Source: Takakia lepidozioides (lineage: Eukaryota; Plantae; Bryophyta). Taken from it: a stretch of DNA of 9,000 bases. Of this stretch, positions 1 to 8,084 are shown one piece after another. The translations under genes were made by a program, and so were the position numbers. The DNA lies in the NCBI GenBank assembly GCA_030704615.1, contig JAKLZA010000087.1, forward strand, positions 1 through 9,000, given 5' to 3'. Position 1 is the stretch's first letter; every line of letters begins with the position of its first letter. The notes beneath the pieces are model-generated. The model worked only from the letters and a program-made list of their open reading frames with translations, had not been told where the DNA came from and did not search any database.

Positions 1-624
1 TGATCACGAGCATGAGATCCTCGGGTAACCACATGGATGGTGGGACAAAAGGTCATCCGATCTTCCTCTTCTTTGTTGTTGATTGCAGGATCCTCCTTTT
101 TTCCTGCACCCATATCTTTCCAAATACCCTCCCTGACCAGATTGATAGGACCTGATTGATCAATTCCCTTTCCTTGTTTCTTGGCAACCAAAGTCTGTGC
201 AGCAAAAGTCACCCTTTTTTCCTCCCCATTTGGCATTGTACCTGGTTTCAGTCCTCCTTTCAATACAGCCTTGGTCAACCTTCCACCTGTGGAAGAGCTA
301 TCTATTCCAGGAACGAACTCAAATGAAAAGTCACCAAGCAAATCTATTCCTATGTGGTGCTCTGAGTACAGCCACCAATATGGGTCCAGATATGTTTCTA
401 AAGAAAAATGACTTCCCAACAGTGTTTTTTTTAAATGCCAAAGACCCCACACACATGCATAGTACTCTTCTCTTTTGCAGATCATTTCCCCTCTTTCACT
501 GCTATACCCCACTTGCCTATGAGCCTCTTCTCTCAACTCCTTCTTACCCTCCTTAAATTGAAATAGATAAGCCTTGATGGCACCCCTATCCCACTCTAGT
601 TTAAGAAGATAGGCTCCATCCCTC
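1..624 (-). mobile_element. Internal pol fragment of a second, related element copy (RNase H-like domain plus linker), interrupted at 624/625
   Basis: Aligns to 4671-5303 at roughly 85-90% identity (7 differences in the first 60 nt), with offset 4670 rising to 4679 through two in-frame indels. The frame is open for 207 codons (623..3): RDGAYLLKLEWDRGAIKAYLFQ...REEYYACVWGLWHL...DFSFEFVPG...CPTIHVVTRGSHARD. It is missing from the ORF track because it runs off the window. Confidence 0.92.
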
Positions 625-2151
625 TGTAGTGTGAAAAGAAGGGGCGTGAATCCCCTTCTGTGCAAGTCTAGTTGTGCTCTTCCCTAGGTCAATCGGAGGG
701 AAGGAAAGGAGCTCTCCCTCTCAGCTGATCCAACCATCGTCACTCGGTGTGGGTTTCCATCAGGTCCTTCGTGATCAGAGTTCGCACAATCCTCATCCAC
801 GCCGCAGCGGAAGAGAAGACATGGATGGGGAGTCTGTATTGTTTTCACCCGTGGTTCTACTTCTACACGACATCCTTTCCCTGATACACTGCACCAGCCA
901 TGTTACCATGCGGTCTTCAGTGATGCAACCAGCCCTACGTCAGTGATGACCACTGCCCTTGTGGGCAGCTCTCTTGGTCAACAATACGTGGAATCCCCTT
1001 TGTAACAAGATCACGATTTGGAAGGCGGCAACGCAGATCTGCCATGAGTTTGCAGGCCCACCAGTTTGGCCCTTCATGGTTTCATGCTTTCTTTATCTTA
1101 CTCCCAAATCATCCATTCCTCATCATAACCTCTTGCTGGTCAACTCTCTCCCTTGTGTCCTTTTCTCTCTCCCTCTCTCTTTCTTTCAGGATAAGTGGGT
1201 TCCTCACTCTTTCCACTGTAACATGCCTATGATGCAATGCAATGCGCATTCAGCCAAGCATCCAGTGCACCCAGCATTGAAATCAACCTTGGTCACACAA
1301 GATATAATCAGCCCTTTTATCAGTCCCTCTCTTGCCAATGACAGATGCTTCACACTCCACTTTTCCCAGGTATAACCATTGCCCAAGACAGCTCTCAACC
1401 CTTCTACAGGTCTCAATTTACACACCCTGACAGCTCTCTTTTTCCCATCAGCTGTGAACCTCAGTGGTTCATGGGCTGAGAGCACTCTGAGAATCAGATC
1501 CAAACCCAAACAGATGCTGGTTTTTCTGCCCCATCCACATCATCCCTTCTTGTTGTTCCAAACAGTTCTATCTAACCCTCTCTGGTTTTTCCTCTACCTA
1601 CTAAGCTAGTTCCACATTGGCTGCAATGTGTCAACATCCCAGGCTAGATTGTTTGTACAAACTCATGACGTTGAAACAAGGAACAAGAATACAACAACAG
1701 TAACCATTCTGTCCCAGCAACGAGTCTACCCTGTTTCCATTCATTTTCCTACTGTACAATGTAATAGCAGGTGCATCCATCTCCAGCCCATCCTGATTTG
1801 AAGTCCAGTGTCTTCATTCCATTTACAAAGCTCTTTTTCTTCCTCACATGTCAGTGTCTCTTACTACATACAAGAGACAGTTCAAACTTCACAAAGCGAT
1901 TTCTAAGCAACCAAAAACCCAAAAAAGGGGCCACACTCCTCAAACTTATCTGTCTTATACTCCTTGAAGTGGTGGGTCTGCCTGTCAAGAAGGCACCTTA
2001 TCCTCTCCCTCGTCAGCCATCTCCGACGTTTTCTTCTTATCGTGATTCCAGTCCTCATTAAGGCATGACGGCTCTGCTTCAGCTGCTGGCACATCCTTGT
2101 GCCTGCCAACCTCTACCCTATCCTTCTACATGTGCATTTCCTCCCTATGAG

Positions 2152-2614
2152 GTGATCTGGTCCTACAGCCCTTAAGACAGAGAGCAGATACATAACTTAT
2201 TTATAGATAGCTTAAGCGCCATACACACCAGAAGGCGGCACCGCTTCCTCTTGCACAGAAAGCCAAGCCAGATCCCTCAACGTCACTCTTTAAGGCAAGC
2301 TGATTCCCTTACAAAGTGATCTGGTCCTACAGCTCAAAAACAGACAGCAGCTACAAGATTTGATCACTGACAACCTGAGGCGATAATACACACCAGCCTG
2401 CATTTCTCATCCCCAACACCTGCTGAGCCACTCCATCTCCTCATTAATGTGCTCACAAATACCATGGCGACAGCAGTGGTGCACCGCCCTTATCACAAAC
2501 CCGATCCCTCAGGTTTGATCATTGCTTACGAAGAAGGCGGCACCGCTTCTTCTTGCACAGAAAGCCAAGCAGGAGCTCTTAACATTTCTCTTAAAAGCAA
2601 GCTGATACCCTTGC
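2152..2614. repeat. Interleaved direct repeats in the U3-like part of the LTR
   Basis: GTGATCTGGTCCTACAGC at 2152-2169 and 2316-2333. ATACACACCAG at 2221-2231 and 2386-2396. A 39-bp repeat with 1 mismatch at 2230-2268 and 2532-2570 extends more loosely to ~2312 and ~2614. Confidence 0.9.
2197..2206 (-). promoter_or_regulatory. Candidate LTR TATA box (CTATAAATAA)
   Basis: Plus-strand TTATTTATAG reads CTATAAATAA in element sense, at the downstream edge of the U3-like repeats. Confidence 0.5.
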
Positions 2615-2925
2615 GTAGGTGGAACCTTCTCAGATATCCTGTGCTGCCAACACCACTGCAGCAGCTGCGAAAAGATCCACGCACTCTTCCCCTTCGAATT
2701 TCACATCCCGCTTCTAGGGTTCAACATCATGGATGAAAATCATTCATCCTAGGGATGAAAAAGGTGCATGTCATAACTTAGCCATATTTTGTTTTTGGCA
2801 GATAAATAGCATAGTCCTTCCATGGAATTACCTCAAGTTATGGTCAATTCCTCCCCTTCATTAGCACGAAGGGTACTCCCTTGTAGTAGTGCCGAAACCT
2901 GATGCCAAACACAAACTTGAGATTT

Positions 2926-4290
2926 TTACTCCCCTGCATTCACACTACATATGTAGTGTGTCTCCTTTTTTGTGTCAGGGTCCTCACTGACCACCTTTAA
3001 CGGCTGAACACCTATTGGTGGTATGAAGGGTTTTAAATCCCTCCTACTTCTTACCCATTCCTTGTCTGCTCCATCTCTCAACCTGCATCTTCGTGCAGCT
3101 TCTCCAGTCTTGGTTGTGCTTCCTGCGTCCTTGTATCCCAAAAAGTCATAGGGTCCCTCCCATGGAGATGTCATGGAAGACCTCTTTCCAGGTCTCAACA
3201 TCATTACCTTGCTGTTCTCCATCAACGTGCAGTAAGTATGCCCTGTTTGATGCCTTCTTTCATAATCTCTTGCCTGTTGACGCTGCCCTTTCTTCACACT
3301 CTTTCGCAGCTTTGCCTTCATCTCTGTGAGAAGCTGGATTTTCTGCTGCATCATAAGTGTGACTTCTGCTACAGATCCATCAGAATTTACTGGTGTTGTA
3401 AGAAAATGCAACCTGTTGTCATTCCCAGCCTGGGAATTCTACCAGTAAGTACCTGAAAAGGTGAGAACCCCAGTGGAAGCATGGACACCCATTCTGTAAC
3501 CAAACAGGGCCTTATAGAGATTCTGATCCCACTCAGTGTCGTTTCCAACTCCTAGGGTGGTGATGCTCTGTTTGATGGACTTAATGACTCTTTCCACCAT
3601 ACCGTTACACTGAGGCCAGTAGGGGGCACTATGCTCCCTCTTTATACCGTATTCGTGGCATGTATCTTCAAACTCACCTCCCCACTCTGTGCCATTGTCA
3701 GTGAGCAACGTATGTGGGCAGCCATACCTGTCAATTACTTCTTCCTCAAGAAAGCGGGCAGCAAGGGCTGCTGTATGATCTGCCACTGGTGCAGCTTCTA
3801 TCCATTTTGAGAAGTGATCGATTGCCACCAGAAAGTACTGATTGCCCCTGCTGGTTATAGGTAATGGTCCTGCCGTGTCAATTGCAACTCTGAAAAAGAT
3901 CCACTACTGGAATGCTATGAAGTTTTGAGCTACCTGAGCGCAACACTCCGTTCTGTTTGGCCATCTGACATTTACCACAGCCCTTGAGTACTTGCCTGAT
4001 GAGTTTTGTCTATCATGCCAGAAATAACGTCGGCATATCTCCTCTTGTGTTCTTCTGACTCCAAAGTGGCCAGTGGTTTCATGTACTTCAGTGATTATTG
4101 CCCCCTGTCAGTCTTTGGTGGAACTACCCTTCCATCAAAGTAGACCTCACCTTTGAGATAGGAGTACTGCCTTGCCCGCCTCTTGACTCTCTTGCTCTCC
4201 TCCTTTGTCAGGTAGTCATTGACTTCTCCAAAACATAAGAGGTGCATGACCTCCACATCATCAAGCACATCAGGTTGCCTTTCCTCCCTA
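2926..4290 (-). pseudogene. Integrase (HHCC zinc finger, DDE core, GPY/F C-terminal region), frameshifted
   Basis: EVHETTGHFG...LKGCGKCQ (3968-4083), RVAIDTAGPLP, LLTDNGTEW, NGMVERVIK and WEGPY (3148-3162). Stop codon at 2926-2928. Confidence 0.95.
2961..2971 (-). promoter_or_regulatory. Putative polypurine tract (AAAAAAGGAGA)
   Basis: 11-nt pure purine run on the minus strand ending 11 nt before the LTR-start TG. It is short and further from the LTR than is typical. Confidence 0.5.
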
Positions 4291-4984
4291 ACAGCTGCTG
4301 TATGATGGTCAGAGCTGAGTAGAGAGCTTTTCCCACATCTTTCAGCCTCACGTAATAATGACATCTGAGTAGCTTTGGTGGGTGTGGTCCATGGTACCCA
4401 GTCCGCTTCATCAATCTTGTTGCAAGAAGAAGTGTCTTGTTCTGAACCACTTGTTCCATCACTGTCTGAAGAACAAAACGTCTTGGTGGAACACTCACCC
4501 CCCATGTTTTTCTTGGCTGGGCATTCTGATGAGGAAGTCACCCGCGTTCCTTTCTTGTTGTTGGAGTGCTTGTCAAGTGTTGAAGGAATGGTGTCCCTTG
4601 CAAGCTTCCCTTTTCATTGTTCAATCTCTCTTCCACAAGTTCACAGGCTGGATGTACCTCGCTCAGCTGCTTATCACGAGCACAAGATCCTCGGGTAATC
4701 ACATGGATGGTGGGACAAGAGGGCATCAGATGCTCCTTTTCCTTGTTGCTGATTGCAGTAGCCTCTATCCTTCCTGCACCCTTATCCTTCCAAATACCCT
4801 CCCTCACCAGATTGACAGAGCTTGATTGATCAATACCCTTTCCTTGTTTTTTTTTTGTAGCAAAAGTCTGTGCAGCAAAAGTCACCCTCTTTCCTTCTCC
4901 ATCTGGCATTATGCCTGGTTTCAGTTCTCCTTTCAATATGCCATGATCCTTGGTCAACATTCCACCTGTGGAAGATCTTACTAT
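4290..4984 (-). other. ~230-codon S/T/E/K-rich linker between the RNase H-like domain and integrase
   Basis: Covered by ORFs 4538..5215 and 4095..4541 with a frame change near 4540-4560. Composition is low-complexity with no recognisable motif. Confidence 0.6.
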
Positions 4985-5302
4985 ACCCGGAACGAACTCA
5001 AATGAAAAATCACCAAGTAAGTCTATGCCTATGTGGTGCTCTGAGTATAGCCACCAATATGGATCTAGATCTGTTTCTAAAGAAAAATGACTTCCCAACA
5101 GTATTTCCTTGAAGTGCCAAAGGCCCCATACACATGCATAGTACTCTTCTCTTTTGCAAATCATCTCCCCTTTTTCACTGCTATACCCTACTTGCCTATG
5201 AGCTTCTTCTCTCAACTCCTCCTTCCCCTCCTTAAATTGAAATAATGAAGCATTGATGGCACCCCTATCCCAAGCTAACTTAAGAAGATAGGCTCCATCC
5301 CT
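4985..5302 (-). CDS. Second, derived RNase H-like domain (putative pseudo-RNase H) within pol
   Basis: The frame of ORF 4538..5215 is open upstream: RDGAYLLKLAWDRGAINASLFQFKE...HRQVGYSS...REEYYACVWGLWHFKEILLGSHFSLETDLDPYWWL...LLGDFSFEFVPG. It is collinear with the adjacent RNase H motifs. Confidence 0.8.
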
Positions 5303-5387
5303 CTTTCTCCCTTCTCTTTTCTGACTGTACAGAGAAGTAGAGTATATACTCGATTTCCTCGGTTTCCTCAGCTGGTCCCACTGGATA

Positions 5388-5757
5388 CCTGCTTAGTGCA
5401 TCTACGTTAGCATGCCTAGCACCTGCTCTGTGAACAATTTTAAACTCAAAATCTTGTAACATCATGATCCATCTACCCTGCGTCCATATGCGTCACTTAC
5501 CGTTGCCAACCATTCCAGTGGTTTGTGATCAGTCCTGATTACAAAAGGGGTTCCATACAGGTACTGTCGAAAATGTAATACTCCCCACACCAGTGCATAG
5601 CATTCACCCTCCATAGGGTGATATTTGCGCTGAGCATCAGATAGTACCTTACTGGCGTATGCAATGACCCTCTCCTTTTTATACTCCTTTTGTGACAAGA
5701 CTGCCCCTACTCCTTTGATGGACCAGTCAACATCCAAGACGAACGGTCTTGAGAAAT
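5388..5757 (-). pseudogene. Ty3-type RNase H domain of pol (catalytic D-E-D-D residues present)
   Basis: PFVLDVDWSIKGVGAVLSQ, VIAYAS, MEGECYALVWG, VIRTDHKPL, RRGRWIMMLQDFEFKIVHRAG (after restoring one G at 5476-5478) and HANVDALSR. Confidence 0.95.
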
Positions 5758-5759
5758 CT

Positions 5760-6720
5760 GGTCTTGCCAGGATGGGAGCAGTTACCAACTTCACCTGTAA
5801 GGTAGAAAAAGCGTTTTGTGCCTCTGCACTCCAGATAAACTTTACATCCTTCTTGGTTAGAGTGAACAAGGGTACTGCCACTCCAGCTATCCTTTGACAG
5901 GGGCCTATAGTACCCTGTCATGCCTAAGTAGCTTTTGAGAGCAGTGTGGTTTTGGGGCAAGGGAAACCTTTCAATAGCAGCTATCTTATCTGGATCAGGC
6001 CACGTTCCTTCTTCAGAGATCACATGCCCAAGGAATACCAACTGTAAGTTGGCAAAGTAACACTTGTCCGGATTGAGCCTAAGATTGTTGGCCTTTCTAA
6101 CCTTGCTCAATACTCTCTTTATATGTCCCACGTGATCTCCCCAGTCCTTGCTATGGATATTGACGTCATCTACAAACACCTTAGCGCAATCTTTGATTTC
6201 TTCCTTGAGCACTCTATTCATTGTTCTCTGAAAGGTAGCAGTGGCATTTTTAGCCCGAATGGCATGACCAGCCATTCATACAATCCCTTCTTTGTGATCA
6301 CCGCTGTTTTGCCTATGTCTCGGTCGTCCATTTTGATCTGCCAAAAACCAGATTGTAAATCCAGCGCAGAAAACCACTTGGCTTTCCCCAACTGGTTTAA
6401 AACATCCTGAATTAATGGCATAGGGTAAGAGTCCCTTCTGGTCAAACGGTTTACTGGCCTAAAATCACCACAAAACCGCTTGGATCCATCCTTTTTTGGT
6501 GGAAGGGTAACTGGACACGACCATTCTGAACTACTCTCTCTCATCTTGCCTTGTGAGATCAAAGTCTCAATTTGTCCTTGGACCTCGTCTTCCTCCCATT
6601 CTGATAGGCGGCTGGGACGACTTCTGCAAGGGGAAAACCTTGTGTGTCAATGTGTGTTCTACCTCACTGCAGTATCCCAAGTCAGCCTTGCTAAGAGCAA
6701 AGCATTCCTGGTTTGCTTTC
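5760..6720 (-). pseudogene. Reverse transcriptase domain of pol, frameshifted
   Basis: Motifs PKKDGSKRFCGDFRPVN, FSALDLQSGFWQI, YEWLVMPFGLK|NATATFQR, KVFVDD (FVDD at 6165-6176), VFLGHVIS and LKSYLGMTGYYR. They are spread over ORFs 6218..6562 and 5727..6275, joined by a 1-bp shift in the A run at 6247-6251. Confidence 0.97.
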
Positions 6721-7389
6721 AGCTCTTGCTCAAGCTCTATCCTATGTTCTGGGCCAGTTCTGGGTTGATGTGCAGTCTGGATTTCAGACTTCTCCAACGA
6801 CTCTCCATTTCTTCCTCTTGACTGGGTTCCCAATTCTTTCCCTCCACCTGGCTTACAGAGTTAGCCATTCTCTGTCGTTCCTCTTGTGTGACAACCTGAT
6901 TCCAATCATGGAAGTCATCCTCTATTTCTAGGTTGTTTTTCCCTAGTTCACCATTCCAAGCTTCTGATAAGCTTCCTGTATTATGGCAGCAGCCATGCTT
7001 TATGGGTCTCTTCCTGAAGGAGTTCAGACATCCCTTGGTCCTCGAACAAGTCCTCCCCTAGGTTGACATCGTCTATTATTTCCTCAACACTCAGTGCTGT
7101 TTCTACCTCCTTACTCTCCTCAGAGCCTCCCATCTCCTCATCTTTATCAGATTTAGAGGTGTCAGAACCTGAGGATGCTCCTCCGTGTCCTCATATTCTT
7201 CCTCTGGTTTTCTTTTTTCTCCCACAAGCCTAGGTACTGTTTCATCTGACGTCAGGGTTAGGACATTACCTGCTGACGTACTGCTTGCATATCTCATTCT
7301 ACTCTCGACCCCTCTATGGTAGGCTGTTTTGGTAACTGCAGGCTCATTATAATTGATGGTGTGCAAAGGGAAGTGAGCAAAATCCTTTT

Positions 7390-7730
7390 CCTGGCCCATA
7401 GCGTACGCGAATTGTTTCAGCTTCGGTGTCCACTACAGCGCCAAACTTTTTGAGAAAGTCCAATCCTAGCAGCATGTGATATGTATCGTGTTCACCACCA
7501 TAAAGGACAAACGATGTTAGTTCTCCTACTTTGACCTTGATGTCCTCAAGTCTGCCCATTGCAGTCAAGAGCACCTGAGGCTACTCTGTAATTCACATCC
7601 TTACTAGTAATGACAGATCCCATCAAACCCAGATCCCTGACGTACTAGCTGATATTACAGAAAGCATGGCACCAGTGTCAATCTGGCCTAATACTTGGTA
7701 ATTCCCATTGTAATCATTACATGAAGCGCT
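7390..7730 (-). pseudogene. Aspartic protease (retropepsin) domain of pol, frameshifted
   Basis: YQVLGQIDTGAMLSVIS with catalytic DTGA at 7668-7679. The C-terminal motif YHMLLGLDFLKKFGAVVD is in ORF 7347..7574. Confidence 0.88.
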
Positions 7731-8084
7731 TTAACCTTACCAGTATAAGCATACGAGATCGTGGCTCAGCGTGTGCTGAGTACAAAGGCCTTGCCTTGGT
7801 ACATTCCTTCACAACTAACACTGTGAGTTGTTGTCTCCCTTTGTTGTACCATTGCTCTTTCCACCACTTTGACCAGCCCTTTCAATTTGTCTAGCTCTCC
7901 GGGCACAGTCATGATCAGGTCCATGGGCGACAACGATATTCTCCCTTTGTAGAAGTGGTTCAAGATTCTGGATTTCGTACCTCCTTCTATAGCACTCTTG
8001 AAATTGTTCTTTGGGTAGATTTCACTCTTGGTCTTGCTTGGCTGTTCACTGCTCTCACTATTCCTTTCTGGTGACCCTGTAGGT

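Larger units (their letters stand above)
625..2949 (-). repeat. Putative 3' LTR, 2325 bp
   Basis: Perfect 11-bp terminal inverted repeat TGTAGTGTGAA (625-635) / TTCACACTACA (2939-2949). It lies right after integrase and the PPT. Homology of 1-624 to internal pol stops at the 625 boundary. It contains repeats and a TATA-like box. The partner LTR is not in the window. Confidence 0.8.

Noticed and set aside
181-556. Plus-strand ORFs 181..411 and 197..556 (and counterpart 4870..5112)
   Set aside because: Antisense shadows of the minus-strand RH-like frame; the substitution pattern between copies fits the minus frame.
1210-1810. Faint similarity between ~1210-1290 and ~1745-1810 (about 18/26 nt at best)
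   Set aside because: Too short and diverged to support an old duplication without a statistical alignment.
2152-2614. CRISPR-like array
   Set aside because: Only two copies per repeat, irregular spacing, no cas genes, eukaryotic retroelement context.
674-2736. Short ORFs inside the LTR (e.g. 959..1375 +, 1204..1509 -, 1903..2109 -, 2449..2736 +) as an env-like or accessory gene
   Set aside because: No recognisable motifs, mostly non-ATG starts, and they overlap repeats and low-complexity tracts.
3421-3437. Inverted repeat ATTCCCAG-C-CTGGGAAT
   Set aside because: The 1-nt loop lies inside integrase coding sequence (RIPRLG); probably chance.
3997-4535. CTGATGA hammerhead-core-like words at ~3997 and ~4526
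   Set aside because: Antisense to coding sequence, and I could not find matching GAAA and stem elements; no retrozyme evidence in the LTR either.
4985-5302. Extra domain as Tat/Ogre archaeal-type RNase H (aRH)
   Set aside because: It lacks aRH/RNase HI-type motifs (FDG, TNN.AEY, GDS) and instead mirrors the adjacent Ty3-type RH.
1-5303. 1-624 and 4671-5303 as the LTR pair of an element
   Set aside because: The repeat is protein-coding pol sequence with codon-structured divergence and lacks TG...CA ends, PBS and PPT.
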